A DNA stretch of 64,000 bases from Lentisphaerota bacterium. GTDB taxonomy: Bacteria > Verrucomicrobiota > Kiritimatiellia > UBA8416 > JAUUYL01. Below the pieces are notes generated by a model. That model made no database searches and was not told the origin of the DNA. It saw nothing but the letters and a program-made list of their open reading frames with translations. The stretch lies in NCBI GenBank assembly GCA_030590485.1, contig JAUUYL010000004.1, positions 7,878 through 71,877 of the forward strand, given 5' to 3'. A program made the translations under genes and the position numbers. This document shows, piece after piece, positions 41,719-52,465 of the stretch (position 1 is the stretch's first letter; every line of letters begins with the position of its first letter).

Positions 41719-41837
41719 AACATATCCTCCTTTATAAGAACTTTAGATAATCAATAAATACTATAACATCTAAAAAATAGCAATTAAGAACTGAAGTGTT
41801 TATTAACTGACAGGAATTTGCCTGCCATGTAGCGTGT

Positions 41838-41938
41838 TTCGCAGGCGGCGACATAGTATTAGGCACCTCAACGGTGATTCTCGCTATGGGCGAAGGCCGC
41901 AGAGCAACAGCCTCGATCAACACATTACTTGCGGAATA
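41838..41938 (+). pseudogene. Remnant 3' fragment of a gltD/nfnB-like gene
   Basis: It translates to FAGGDIVLGTSTVILAMGEGRRATASINTLLAE*, against the real NfnB C-terminus YAGGDIVLGAATVILAMGEGRRAAASINALLA* at 41140-41229. Identity is ~85% at the nucleotide level, and the fragment lacks the upstream body. Confidence 0.55.
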
Positions 41939-42002
41939 GCAAACTGAAATCGTTTTCAGTACAGCCGCCATGTAATGGCGGCTATACTTTTGGACAGCGC
42001 GA

Positions 42003-44120
42003 CTACATCATAAACATCATTTCTGAATACGACGGCAATGGCCGGAGTTCGTCAGAAAGCATGCCTTCAATATTATCAGCGGCTTCGCGCAGCACTAACA
42101 TAGCCTTAAGCTTGTCGGAAGGCTTGCCCTTCTTGATTACAGCTTCAAGCTTGCTTGTGGCTTTCAACAGCTTTTCTGTTTCGGCTACAACCGCAGTGAA
42201 CAGCTTTTTACTCTCAGGTATATTCTTTACACCAACAGCCTTTACCGCGCCTAGGATGTCAGCAAGCTCACCCTGGTACTCTAACACAGCTGGAGCTATC
42301 ATTGTCTTTGCGATTCTGACAGCACATTGAGCTTCGATAGCAATAGTCTCCTCGTAAATCTCGCTGTAAATCTCATAGCGCGCTTCAAGCTCTCTCTTGC
42401 TCAGCACGTTGAATTTCTCAAAAAGCGTTATGGTTTTTTTAGATATTATCTGCTTCAAGGCTTCATCTGTTGTTTTCAGGTTAGGTAGCCCCCTACGTTC
42501 CGCTTCTTTATGCCAGTCTTGCGAATAATTATCGCCCTCAAACAACACTCTTTTGTGCTTCTTAACGATACCTTGCAGAACCTTCTGCAACGCATCGTTA
42601 AACTTTACCTTCTTCGACAACATCCCCTCTACCGCCGTGCAAATATCATCCAGTGCCTCGGTAACAATTGTGTTCAGCACTACGTTTGCGCCAGCGCAAC
42701 TCTGACTGGAGCCCACTGCCCGGAACTCAAACTTGTTTCCTGTAAAAGCAAATGGTGATGTTCTGTTGCGGTCAGTAGCATCGCGAGGCAGGGAAGGAAG
42801 AGATGACACACCGATTTCGATTGTTCCTCCATTCTTAGAGCTTTTAGCCCCACCCTTTTCTACCTGCCGTATCACGTCATGCAGCTGTTCCCCAAGAAAT
42901 ATCGACATAATCGCTGGAGGCGCCTCATTAGCGCCTAGCCTGTGATCATTGCCTGCGGTCGCTACAGACGCACGAAGCAATCCAGCATGAGTATCAACAG
43001 CCTTAATGACCGCACATATTACTGTAAGGAATCGTGCGTTATCATGAGGATTATCTCCAGGCTTGAGCCAATTCTTACCATCCGGGCCATTCACATTCCA
43101 GTTGTTGTGTTTACCGGATCCATTTACGCCCGCGAATGGTTTTTCATGAAGCAGGCAGGCAAAGTTATGTCTCTCGGCTACATCTTCAATAACCTCCATC
43201 ATTAGCATGTTGTGATCTACGGCCAGGTTAAGCTCCTCATATACGGGCGCCAACTCAAATTGCCCCGGACAGACTTCGTTATGCCTGGTCTTCGCCGGCA
43301 CGCCAAGACGCCACATCTCCCTATCGAGCTCACACATGAACGCTACTACCCTGCTCTTTATCACCCCGAAATAATGATCATCCATCTGTTGGTGCTTAGC
43401 AGGAATCTTTCCGAACAAAGTCCGCCCAGTCTGAAGCAGATCGGGCCGCATCTCATACAATTCTCTATCAATGAGGAAATACTCCTGTTCAGCGCCAAGC
43501 GAGGCCGTTGTCTTCCGCCCATTGACTTTGACACCAAACAATTTTGCTAACCGGCAGAACTGCTCTGACAGAGCATCGCCTGAACGCAACAATGGCGTCT
43601 TTTTATCCAAAGCTTCTCCATTGTATCCGCAGAACACAGTTGGTATGCACAGTGTTGCGCCATTTTCACCTTCACGAATGAATGCCGGACTGGTTGGATC
43701 CCACGCTGTATACCCGCGCGCCTCAAAAGTTGCGCGCAAACCGCCTGATGGGAAACTCGACGCATCCGGCTCACCCTGGATCAATTCCTTCCCCGAAAAC
43801 TTATAGACTGCGCCATCATTCCCATCCGGAGTCACAAAGGAGTCATGCTTTTCAGCTGTAGAGCCTGTCAACGGCTGAAACCAGTGTGTGAAATGCGTAG
43901 CGCCCTTCTCCAACGCCCAAGTCTTCATAGCCTCTGCCACGTCATCAGCAATCTCCGGATTTAGGGTTTTCCCTTTGCGGACTGTTGACACTAAAGACTT
44001 GTAAACCGTTGCCGACAGATACTTCCGCATCGTCTTTATGCTGAAAACATTCTCGCCAAAGAATTTAACAATATCATCAGTCTTTTTCTTTTTAGTATTT
44101 CCTGAAGTCTTTCGAGGCAT
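42003..44120 (-). CDS. glnN: Glutamine synthetase type III
   Basis: 705 aa with GS catalytic-domain motifs and the characteristic GSIII N- and C-terminal extensions. Confidence 0.85.
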   Translation of the reverse strand: MPRKTSGNTKKKKTDDIVKFFGENVFSIKTMRKYLSATVYKSLVSTVRKGKTLNPEIADDVAEAMKTWALEKGATHFTHWFQPLTGSTAEKHDSFVTPDGNDGAVYKFSGKELIQGEPDASSFPSGGLRATFEARGYTAWDPTSPAFIREGENGATLCIPTVFCGYNGEALDKKTPLLRSGDALSEQFCRLAKLFGVKVNGRKTTASLGAEQEYFLIDRELYEMRPDLLQTGRTLFGKIPAKHQQMDDHYFGVIKSRVVAFMCELDREMWRLGVPAKTRHNEVCPGQFELAPVYEELNLAVDHNMLMMEVIEDVAERHNFACLLHEKPFAGVNGSGKHNNWNVNGPDGKNWLKPGDNPHDNARFLTVICAVIKAVDTHAGLLRASVATAGNDHRLGANEAPPAIMSIFLGEQLHDVIRQVEKGGAKSSKNGGTIEIGVSSLPSLPRDATDRNRTSPFAFTGNKFEFRAVGSSQSCAGANVVLNTIVTEALDDICTAVEGMLSKKVKFNDALQKVLQGIVKKHKRVLFEGDNYSQDWHKEAERRGLPNLKTTDEALKQIISKKTITLFEKFNVLSKRELEARYEIYSEIYEETIAIEAQCAVRIAKTMIAPAVLEYQGELADILGAVKAVGVKNIPESKKLFTAVVAETEKLLKATSKLEAVIKKGKPSDKLKAMLVLREAADNIEGMLSDELRPLPSYSEMMFMM

Positions 44121-44267
44121 TGCATTTCTCCGTTATTGATAAACCATATTCAGGTCATACTATACATCAAAACCTTCAACTGCAAGTGACGAGAACATAA
44201 AAGGCCGCTTTTTTGTAATGCCAGAAGCCAATTTAACACCTGCCTCGCACATTTTAGACAGTAAGTC

Positions 44268-44295
44268 TTGACTGAAATATTTATTGCTTTATTAT
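44268..44295 (+). promoter_or_regulatory. Sigma-70-like promoter upstream of the hdrL operon
   Basis: TTGACT-16 nt-TATTAT, ~40 bp upstream of the TTG start, with RBS gcaaggagtgg. Confidence 0.35.
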
Positions 44296-44333
44296 GTTTG
44301 TCCTAGTAGTGCAATCGCAAGGAGTGGTTCGTC

Positions 44334-47300
44334 TTGGTTGAGAATAGTAAAAATGGTTCGGTACTCATTTTGGGTGCAGGTATCGCTGGAATACAGGCGG
44401 CGCTGGATCTTGCCGACTCCGGCTATAAGGTATACCTGGTCGAATCCAAAACCGCTATCGGCGGTCATATGGCACAGCTTGATAAGACATTCCCCACTAA
44501 CGACTGCGCAATGTGCACAATCTCACCTCGTCTCGTAACCGCTGGCCTGCATAGAAACATTGAGATTATCACAAACGCCGAACTGCAAGAACTCAAGGGT
44601 GAAGCTGGTAATTTCGAAGCAACAATACGTCTCAACCCTAATTTTGTAGATCTCGACAAATGTACAGGCTGCGGTCTCTGTGCAGAGGAATGTCCTATTA
44701 ATATCCCTGACGAATACAACCAGGGACTGAACAACAGAAAAGCCATTTACAAATTATACCCGCAAGCCGTACCAAACAAATTCACTATCAGCAAACTGGG
44801 CGAAGCACCATGCTACGACGCGTGCCCTCTTCACGGAGACCCCAGCGGCTATGTCGCACTGACCGCTGAAGGCCGCTATCAGGAAGCTCTGGATCTTGTC
44901 AGAGAAAAGAACCCCTTCCCCGCTATCTGCGGCAGAATATGTCAACATCCATGCGAAACAGAATGCAGCCGATGCAAAGTCGATGAGCCCGTTTCCATCG
45001 CATACATAAAACGATTTCTGGCTGACTGGGAAATGGGTCATGGCGAAGAGAAAACACCCGCCGCTGAAATAATTGAAAATGGAAAGAAAGTCGCCATCAT
45101 CGGGTCAGGTCCCGCAGGACTTACCGCCGCACGCGAGCTTAGGAAAATGGGCTATTCTCCCGCAATTTACGAGTCTCGCGCAAAAGCCGGCGGCATGATG
45201 ACTCTCGGCATCCCCTCGTACCGCCTACCGCACGAGATTATAGAAAAGGAAATAAAAGACATTACCGATCTGGGTGTAACCCTTAAAATCAATTCACCGA
45301 TTAATTCCGAAGAAGACATCGAAGCTCTCTTTAAGGATGGATGCGAAGCCGTCTTCCTCAGTGTAGGCTCCCACCAAAGCAGAAGCATGGATATTGAGGG
45401 CGAAGACCTTGAAAACGTTACGGACGGTGTTACCTTTCTGCGCGAACTAAGCCTTGGATCAATAACTTCAGTCAAAGAACGAGTTATTGTTGTAGGAGGA
45501 GGCAACGTAGCACTCGACTGCGCGCGCTCCGCCCTGCGTCTTGGTGCCAAGGCTGTAAATATCGTTTGCCTGGAAGCTTACGAGAACATGCCTGCGCACC
45601 GCAACGAGATTGACTGGGCGGAAGAAGAAGGCATCGTCGTCAACGCCGCAAAGGCGACACAAAGCATTACAGATAAAAACAACGCCTTTGCCGGGTTGGC
45701 ATTGATGGATGTAAAGAAAATGGCGTTCGTAGAAGGAAAACTCGAGCTAGAGACTGAGCCGGGTTCAGAATCAACAATTGAAGCCGACCAGATGATTGTA
45801 GCCATCGGCCAGGCACCTGACCTCTACTTCCTCTCCGATGACAGCAAAATCAACACCACCCCACGGGGTACTCTGGATGTGGACAGCAAAAGCTTTATGA
45901 CATCCTGGAAAGGCGTATTCTCAGGAGGCGATGTAGTGCGTGGAGCGGCAAGCGTTATCGAGGCCGTTGCAGACGGCAGAAATGCAGCCATGTCGATAGA
46001 CGCCTATATCAAGGGCGAAGAATTTACTCCAGACGCAAGCAATCAGCCGATTGTAACGCTATCAGACGAAGAAATTAGAGCAAAACTGAAAAGTAAGGAA
46101 ATACAAAAGACGCCTCGTCACATCATGCCAGAACGCCCAGTCGAAGAACGTATTTCAAACTTTAGCGAAGTAGATCTCGGGTTGAGCGAGGAAGCCGCAA
46201 AGAAGGAAGCCGAACGCTGTCTCTATTGCTCTATCTGCTCCAACTGCCGAAGATGCGAAACAGTATGCGAAGCTAACGCGCTCATCTATGATGACGTTCC
46301 TAAGAACAGAACAATCAATCCGGGCGCAGTTATCCTCGCCCCTGGTTTCGAACTGTTTGATTCGGGCAAAAAAGGAGAATTTGGCTACAAACGATTTCCA
46401 AATGTCATTTCCGCTCTGGATTATGAACGCATACTCAGTGCGTCCGGCCCTACACTTGGTCATATACAGAGAATCTCCGACAGCAAGACGCCTCGGAACA
46501 TAGCCTTCATTCAGTGTGTGGGATCAAGAGACGAAGACAACCCATATTGTTCATCCGTTTGCTGCACCTTTGCAATAAAACAATCCATCATTACAAGAGA
46601 GCATGCGAAGGACACACAATGCACCATTTTCGCGATGGACATCCGTGCCTTTGGTAAGGGCTTTGATGAGTATTTCGAGCGTGCAAAAAACAACTACGGC
46701 GTCAAAGTTGTATACACACGCCCATCGTCGATTAAACAGGATTTCAAAACCCACAATCTTCAGCTGCAATTCACCGAAGATGGTCAAGACTGGATCGAAC
46801 AGGAATTCGATCTGGTCGTTCTCTCAGCTGGCTTATGCCAGAATGACAAGGCCAAAGAAATCGCAAATGTCTGTGAAATCGACCTGAACGACTACTCGTT
46901 CGCCAATTCACCCGTCTTTTCGCCAACATCGACCAACCGCGAAGGTGTATATCTCGCCGGAACATTTGAGGAGCCGAAAGACATTCCGGAATCAGTGACC
47001 CACGCAAGTGCAGCCGCAGCGAGGGCAATGGAACTGCTTGCCGATGTCAGAGGCACTGAAGTAGAAGAAAAAGTTTATCCAAAAGAAAGAGACGTATCAC
47101 AGGAAGAACAACGCATAGGCGTCTTTGTATGTCACTGTGGATCAAACATCGAGGGATTCATCAGTTGCAAAGAAGTAGCCGAGTACGCTCAAAGCCTCAA
47201 AAACGTAGTATACACAGACCATCTTCTCTACAGTTGCTCTCCAGACGGACTGCAAACCATTAAAGATATGGTGATAGAGCATAACCTCAACCGTGTGGTT

Positions 47301-48794
47301 GTAGCATCCTGCACACCGCGCACACACGAGCCACTATTTCAAGAAAACATCAGAGAAGCAGGACTAAACCCCTACCTCTTCGAGATGGCCAACATACGCG
47401 ACCAATGCACATGGGTACATGCAGATATGGGCGAAGCGACCCAAGAAAAGGCCAATGACCTAGTGCGAATGGCCGTCGGCAGAGCACGAACGATTGAATC
47501 GCTATCTTCAAAGACGTATGTACCAAAGCGCAGCGCGCTGGTCGTCGGAGGAGGAATCTCAGGCATGAGCTCCGCACTCTCCGTAGCCAACCAGGGCCAC
47601 GAAGTATACCTGGTCGAAAAATCGGACAAACTTGGCGGCAGTGCATTGAAGATCAAGAAAACCATAGACGGCAGCAACCCAGCCGAACTAGTACAAAGTC
47701 TCGAGGAAAGCGTGCTTGAACATGACAAGATCACGGTAATGATGAACGCTGAAGTCGCAGAAACCAGCGGTTTCATCGGCGATTTCCACACTCAGATCAA
47801 AAGCAAAGCAAAAGACGTATCCTTTGAACATGGCGCAACAATTATTGCGACAGGCGCGGAGGAGCTCAAGCCTTCCGAATATCTTTTCGGAGAGAACGAG
47901 CATATTGTAACTCAACAGACTTTCGAAGAAACGATCGAAAACAGCCCCGAAACCATTAAGAGCATTAAAGAAATTGTGATGATCCAATGTGTCGGCTCTA
48001 GAGAGCCTGATAGAATGGTCTGCAGCAGAGTGTGCTGTACCGAGGCCATAAAAAACGCCATTGCTGTAAAAAATGCTAATCCTGAAGCATCTGTTTCCAT
48101 TCTTTATCGAGACATACGCACATATGGGTTCCTTGAGAAATACTACACCGAAGCACGCGAGATGGGCATCTTGTTTTTTAGGTACGATCTGGAAAACAAG
48201 CCTGAGGTGACTTCCGGCAATGACGGTAAACTCAGAGTACGGACAAAGGATCTCAATTCCGGCCTCGAAATAAGTTTCGACCCTGACTGCCTGGTTTTAA
48301 GCGCAGGAATGGTGACCCCTGAGGGGACGCAAAAGGTAGGAACAGCCTTCAAAATCCCATTAAACCTCGAAGGCTTTTTCCAAGAGGCCCACATGAAACT
48401 GCGTCCTGTAGACTTTGCCTCTGACGGCATATTCCTTTGCGGCACCTGCCACAGCCCTAAGTTCATCAGAGAAAGCATTATACAGGCGCAAGGTGCGGCA
48501 GCTAGAGCGATTGGCATACTTTCAAAACCAGAAATGGAAATAAGCTGCATCATTTCAAAGGTTGACGAGGACAAGTGCGTTGCCTGCCTTACCTGCGTAA
48601 GGACATGTCCATACGATGTCCCAAAGATAAATAAGGATGGTATTGCCGAGATTGAACCTGCGATGTGCCATGGATGCGGTATCTGCGCTGCCGAATGCCC
48701 GGCAAAAGCCATAAGCATGATGCATTACAAGGATAGACAGATTATTTCCAAGACCCAGGCCCTGTACAACGAGAAAGGCGAGCTGCAAAAATAA
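44334..48794 (+). CDS. hdrL: Giant HdrA-like flavoprotein with an inserted GltD-like NAD(P)H-binding module and a second HdrA-like module (HdrL-type), 1486 aa
   Basis: HdrA N-terminus VLILGAGIAGIQAALDLADSGYKVYLVE...CTGCGLCAEECP. A GltD-like insert follows (PFPAICGRICQHPCETEC; VAIIGSGPAGLTAARE; VIVVGGGNVALDCARSA). HdrA continues (FIQCVGSRDEDNPYCSSVCC). A second module follows (ALVVGGGISGMSSAL...IQCVGSREPDRMVCSRVCC) and a C-terminal 2x[4Fe-4S] CVACLTCVRTCP...CHGCGICAAECP. It starts at TTG. Confidence 0.75.
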   Translation: MVENSKNGSVLILGAGIAGIQAALDLADSGYKVYLVESKTAIGGHMAQLDKTFPTNDCAMCTISPRLVTAGLHRNIEIITNAELQELKGEAGNFEATIRLNPNFVDLDKCTGCGLCAEECPINIPDEYNQGLNNRKAIYKLYPQAVPNKFTISKLGEAPCYDACPLHGDPSGYVALTAEGRYQEALDLVREKNPFPAICGRICQHPCETECSRCKVDEPVSIAYIKRFLADWEMGHGEEKTPAAEIIENGKKVAIIGSGPAGLTAARELRKMGYSPAIYESRAKAGGMMTLGIPSYRLPHEIIEKEIKDITDLGVTLKINSPINSEEDIEALFKDGCEAVFLSVGSHQSRSMDIEGEDLENVTDGVTFLRELSLGSITSVKERVIVVGGGNVALDCARSALRLGAKAVNIVCLEAYENMPAHRNEIDWAEEEGIVVNAAKATQSITDKNNAFAGLALMDVKKMAFVEGKLELETEPGSESTIEADQMIVAIGQAPDLYFLSDDSKINTTPRGTLDVDSKSFMTSWKGVFSGGDVVRGAASVIEAVADGRNAAMSIDAYIKGEEFTPDASNQPIVTLSDEEIRAKLKSKEIQKTPRHIMPERPVEERISNFSEVDLGLSEEAAKKEAERCLYCSICSNCRRCETVCEANALIYDDVPKNRTINPGAVILAPGFELFDSGKKGEFGYKRFPNVISALDYERILSASGPTLGHIQRISDSKTPRNIAFIQCVGSRDEDNPYCSSVCCTFAIKQSIITREHAKDTQCTIFAMDIRAFGKGFDEYFERAKNNYGVKVVYTRPSSIKQDFKTHNLQLQFTEDGQDWIEQEFDLVVLSAGLCQNDKAKEIANVCEIDLNDYSFANSPVFSPTSTNREGVYLAGTFEEPKDIPESVTHASAAAARAMELLADVRGTEVEEKVYPKERDVSQEEQRIGVFVCHCGSNIEGFISCKEVAEYAQSLKNVVYTDHLLYSCSPDGLQTIKDMVIEHNLNRVVVASCTPRTHEPLFQENIREAGLNPYLFEMANIRDQCTWVHADMGEATQEKANDLVRMAVGRARTIESLSSKTYVPKRSALVVGGGISGMSSALSVANQGHEVYLVEKSDKLGGSALKIKKTIDGSNPAELVQSLEESVLEHDKITVMMNAEVAETSGFIGDFHTQIKSKAKDVSFEHGATIIATGAEELKPSEYLFGENEHIVTQQTFEETIENSPETIKSIKEIVMIQCVGSREPDRMVCSRVCCTEAIKNAIAVKNANPEASVSILYRDIRTYGFLEKYYTEAREMGILFFRYDLENKPEVTSGNDGKLRVRTKDLNSGLEISFDPDCLVLSAGMVTPEGTQKVGTAFKIPLNLEGFFQEAHMKLRPVDFASDGIFLCGTCHSPKFIRESIIQAQGAAARAIGILSKPEMEISCIISKVDEDKCVACLTCVRTCPYDVPKINKDGIAEIEPAMCHGCGICAAECPAKAISMMHYKDRQIISKTQALYNEKGELQK

Positions 48795-49240
48795 TGAATA
48801 ACTTTGAACCGAAAATAACTGCGTTTTGCTGCACCTTCTGCGCGTTCAGTGCGGCGGACCTTGCGGGATCAATGCGATTGCAGTACCCACCGAACGTAAG
48901 GATTGTAAAACTGCCATGCACAGGCAAAGTAGATGTCCTTTACATCCTCAAGGCCTTTGAAGACGGCGCAGATGGTGTGTTTGTTGCAGGTTGCCTCGAG
49001 GGCGAGTGTCATTACCTTGAGGGTAATTTCCGAGCAAGAAAACGGGTCGAATATGCGAAAATGCTTCTTGAGGAAGTTGGGATCGAAGGTGAGCGCGTCG
49101 AAATGTACAACCTATCCTCGGCTATGGGTGCCCGGTTCGCTGAAATCGTTGAGGAGATGACGGCAAAAATCAAGGAACTTGGACCGAGAGGAAATGGCTA
49201 TAGGTCAGAGGAAGAATGTGAAGAGGGAAAACGTGACTGA
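48794..49240 (+). CDS. mvhD: MvhD-like [2Fe-2S] electron-transfer protein
   Basis: KITAFCCTFCAFSAADLAG...VKLPCTGKVD...FVAGCLEGECHY is the MvhD signature. Confidence 0.8.
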   Translation: MNNFEPKITAFCCTFCAFSAADLAGSMRLQYPPNVRIVKLPCTGKVDVLYILKAFEDGADGVFVAGCLEGECHYLEGNFRARKRVEYAKMLLEEVGIEGERVEMYNLSSAMGARFAEIVEEMTAKIKELGPRGNGYRSEEECEEGKRD

Positions 49241-49288
49241 TGGGCTTAGGGGGAAGAGACTTGAAGCATAGATACTTGTGGATTTAAG

Positions 49289-49843
49289 ATGAGAATTGAA
49301 GAGAACAACGTAAATATAGACAGTTCCTTCGCGCTGGAAGTGCAGAAGCGAAGCGGAGAGAATGTCTTTTTGTGTTACCAATGCAGAAAATGTGCTTCTG
49401 GTTGTCCGCTAAGAGAAATGATGGACAGCAGTCCCACCGAATTTATGCGCTTTGTTCAGCTTGGCATGAAAGATAAGGCAATGACAGACAGTACAGTTTG
49501 GCGTTGCACATCCTGCCAGACCTGCACTACGCGCTGTCCGCAAGGTATCGACATAGCACATGTCATCGACACAGTTAAGATGATGGCACAGGACGAGAGA
49601 ATCAAGGTAGACAGCAAGAATGTAAAAGCTTTTAACGTCATATGGATGAATATGCTCAAACATATGGGCAGGATTTACGAACTCGGACTTGTCGCCCTTC
49701 TTAACATGGCCATGAAACAACCGCTCAAGGGCGCTGAACTGGCCGTCGAAATGGTTAAGAAAGGTAAGCTGAAGTTCATACCAACGATTAAACGTTCTGC
49801 ATCGATGCGAAGAATGTTTAAAAGAGCTAAGGGGTTAAAATAA
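49289..49843 (+). CDS. hdrC: Heterodisulfide reductase subunit C-like (2x[4Fe-4S])
   Basis: CYQCRKCASGCP and CTSCQTCTTRCP. Confidence 0.8.
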   Translation: MRIEENNVNIDSSFALEVQKRSGENVFLCYQCRKCASGCPLREMMDSSPTEFMRFVQLGMKDKAMTDSTVWRCTSCQTCTTRCPQGIDIAHVIDTVKMMAQDERIKVDSKNVKAFNVIWMNMLKHMGRIYELGLVALLNMAMKQPLKGAELAVEMVKKGKLKFIPTIKRSASMRRMFKRAKGLK

Positions 49844-50703
49844 TGAAAGTATCATATTATCCGGGTTGCTCACTGCATTCAACAGCAATAGAATACGATA
49901 TGTCTACCAGAAAAGTCCTCGAGGCACTTGGTGTTGAATATGTTGAGGTGAAAGACTGGATATGCTGCGGGTCAACACCGGCGCATCAAGCTGATGAACT
50001 GATGTCGGTGGCTCTACCAGTCAAAAACCTGGCAATAATGGCTGAGAACGATAATCTTACTGATATGTGCGTACCATGTGCGTCCTGCTATTCACGCCTG
50101 AGAGTTGCGCAGGAAAAGATGAAAAACCCCGAAACACGGAAGAAGGTCGAAGATGTCATAGAGGCACCCTACCCCGAAAACGTAAATGTCATGCATGCTC
50201 TCGACCTTATAATCGAGAAAGTTGGCATCCCCGCTATCAAAGAAAAGATTATCAGCAAGCTGAACGGCATGAAGGTTGTCTGCTATTATGGATGCCTGAT
50301 GACTCGCCCTCCAAAAGCTACGGGCAAGAAGGAGTGCGAGAACCCGATGGAGATGGAAGAGCTAATGGAAGAGCTTGGTGCAAAGCCCCTGGACTGGAAT
50401 ATGAAAACGTTCTGCTGCGGAGCGGCATCCGCATTGACCCAGACGGAAATAGTTCTCGATCTCACCAGAGAAATCCTGGATGACGCTGTTAGCGTAGGCG
50501 CAGAAGCCATTGTCGTAGGATGCCCCCTCTGTCACGCCAACACCGACGGTCGCCAGAAGGAGATCAACGCTAAATATAAAACAGACTTCGATATACCCGT
50601 ATTTTATTTTACCGAACTGCTCGGGCTCTGCCTCGGCATCGACCCTAAAGAACTTGGCATAGACAAACACCTGACCGAGGCCATGGATTTGATTAAGAAA
50701 TAA
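49843..50703 (+). CDS. hdrB: Heterodisulfide reductase subunit B-like (two CCG domains)
   Basis: Cys-rich CCG motifs WICCGSTPA and FCCGAAS plus CPLCHAN. Confidence 0.85.
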   Translation: MKVSYYPGCSLHSTAIEYDMSTRKVLEALGVEYVEVKDWICCGSTPAHQADELMSVALPVKNLAIMAENDNLTDMCVPCASCYSRLRVAQEKMKNPETRKKVEDVIEAPYPENVNVMHALDLIIEKVGIPAIKEKIISKLNGMKVVCYYGCLMTRPPKATGKKECENPMEMEELMEELGAKPLDWNMKTFCCGAASALTQTEIVLDLTREILDDAVSVGAEAIVVGCPLCHANTDGRQKEINAKYKTDFDIPVFYFTELLGLCLGIDPKELGIDKHLTEAMDLIKK

Positions 50704-50773
50704 CGGAGAATAAACACAATGAAGAAATATTATACGCTTCACGTTTCACGTTTCACGGGGCAAAGGGGATCTC

Positions 50774-51442
50774 ATGATCGTAGGTGACAGAAAACCATTA
50801 GAAGAAATCCTTGAATCGATTAAGGACTTCAAGAAGATACTGCTACTTGGATGCGGCGGATGCGTTACTATCTGCTTTTCCGGCGGCGAAAAGGCTGCAG
50901 GCCTGCTTGCGTCTCAGATATCCATTGCACGAAAAGATGCGGGCAATCCGATAGAAATCGACGAAGCAACTCCTACACGAGTCTGCGAGCATGAATTCAT
51001 CGATGAGCTGAAGGATAAAATTGATTCGGTAGATGCTGTACTTTCCTTATCTTGCGGTGTCGGAGTACAAACGCTAGCCGAACAATACGAAGACAAGATC
51101 ATCATCCCCGCGCTTAACACTACGTTTATGGGTTATCCTGTTGAGCATGCTGTATGGGAAGAAAGATGTGCCGGATGCGGTGACTGCGTTCTTGGATGGA
51201 CTGGTGGACTTTGCCCAATTTCCAGATGCGCAAAGAAACTCCTGAACGGCCCATGCGGCGGGTCGGTAGACGGCGTATGCGAAGTCGATTCAGAGAAGGA
51301 ATGCATATGGCACTCGATTTATGATCGTCTAAAGAGAATTGGCAAACTCGAGAACCTTGAAAAGGTTAGAGATCCTAAAGACTGGCGAACAAGCACAAAC
51401 GCGGGCCAGAGGAAATCTGAATTTAAGGAAGCACAACTATGA
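50774..51442 (+). CDS. metV: MetV-like Cys-rich subunit of methylene-THF reductase (MTHFR C-terminal-domain family)
   Basis: ~220-aa Cys-rich protein (CGGCVTIC, CAGCGDC, CPISRC, CGGSVDGVC). It overlaps the metF start by 4 nt. Confidence 0.6.
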   Translation: MIVGDRKPLEEILESIKDFKKILLLGCGGCVTICFSGGEKAAGLLASQISIARKDAGNPIEIDEATPTRVCEHEFIDELKDKIDSVDAVLSLSCGVGVQTLAEQYEDKIIIPALNTTFMGYPVEHAVWEERCAGCGDCVLGWTGGLCPISRCAKKLLNGPCGGSVDGVCEVDSEKECIWHSIYDRLKRIGKLENLEKVRDPKDWRTSTNAGQRKSEFKEAQL

Positions 51443-52353
51443 AATCTGACAGCAAGCTGGAAAAAGTATTAAGCGAGGGTAAGTTTGGTGTCACATGTGA
51501 GCTTGGGCCACCCCAGCACGCAGACCCGGATAATATAAGCAAGAAAGCGGAGCACTTAAAAGGCAACGCTGATGCTGTTAATATTACAGATAATCAGACT
51601 GCAATTGTAAGAATGTCCAGCATTGCGGCATCAAAACTTGCCATTGATGCAGGACTGGAACCGGTGGCGCAGATGGTTTGTAGAGATAGAAACCGCATTG
51701 CTATGCAAAGTGACATTCTGGGCGCTGCCGCGCTGGGAATAAAGAACATCCTTCTGCTTTCAGGTGACCACCAGACTTTTGGCAACCATCCAGAGGCAAG
51801 CAATGTCTACGATTTGGACTCCATCAACCTAATTCAAATGGTAAAGAACATGAGGGACGAAAAGATATTCCAGTCAGGAGACCCGATTAAAGAACATGAA
51901 CCACGAATGTTTATCGGCGCTGTAGAAAATCCATTCGCAGACCCCTTCGAGTTCAGAGTCGCACGTCTAGCCAAGAAGGCCAATGCCGGTGCAGACTTCA
52001 TCCAGACCCAGTGCATCTTTGATATGAATAGATTCAAAGAGTGGATGAAGATGGTTGTAGATCGCGGAATTCACGAAAGACTCTATATTCTGGCAGGAAT
52101 CACACCTGTACGGTCTCACAAAGCACTTGTTTACATGAACAAGAACGTTGCGGGGATTACGGTTCCAGAAGAACTCATCAAACGGATGGAAGACGCTGAC
52201 GAACCGAAGGAAGAAGGCGTTAAGGTAGCCATCGAGCAGATTCAGGAAATCCAGGCAATTGAAGGCGTGGCAGGATTGCATTTAATGCCCATCGGCTGGG
52301 AATCCATCACATCTGTTATCATGGAAAAGACAGGACTCCTGCCAAGACCATAG
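51439..52353 (+). CDS. metF: 5,10-methylenetetrahydrofolate reductase
   Basis: MetF TIM-barrel family: GKFGVTCELGPP...NITDN...LSGDH. Confidence 0.85.
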   Translation: MKSDSKLEKVLSEGKFGVTCELGPPQHADPDNISKKAEHLKGNADAVNITDNQTAIVRMSSIAASKLAIDAGLEPVAQMVCRDRNRIAMQSDILGAAALGIKNILLLSGDHQTFGNHPEASNVYDLDSINLIQMVKNMRDEKIFQSGDPIKEHEPRMFIGAVENPFADPFEFRVARLAKKANAGADFIQTQCIFDMNRFKEWMKMVVDRGIHERLYILAGITPVRSHKALVYMNKNVAGITVPEELIKRMEDADEPKEEGVKVAIEQIQEIQAIEGVAGLHLMPIGWESITSVIMEKTGLLPRP

Positions 52354-52465
52354 TAACGGACGCTGGACCCCGCCTTTGGCGTGGCAGGCAGTGGACGGCG
52401 GACAGGCGTATAGAGGGTAGAACGTACATCTTGACTCGTGAGATGAGTTTGCCTATTATTTCTGC

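Noticed and set aside
44121-44333. Sigma-54 promoter for glnN in the glnN-hdrL divergent region
   Set aside because: Only a partial -24 match (CTGGCAT) without a -12 TTGC was found on the minus strand. It is not called.
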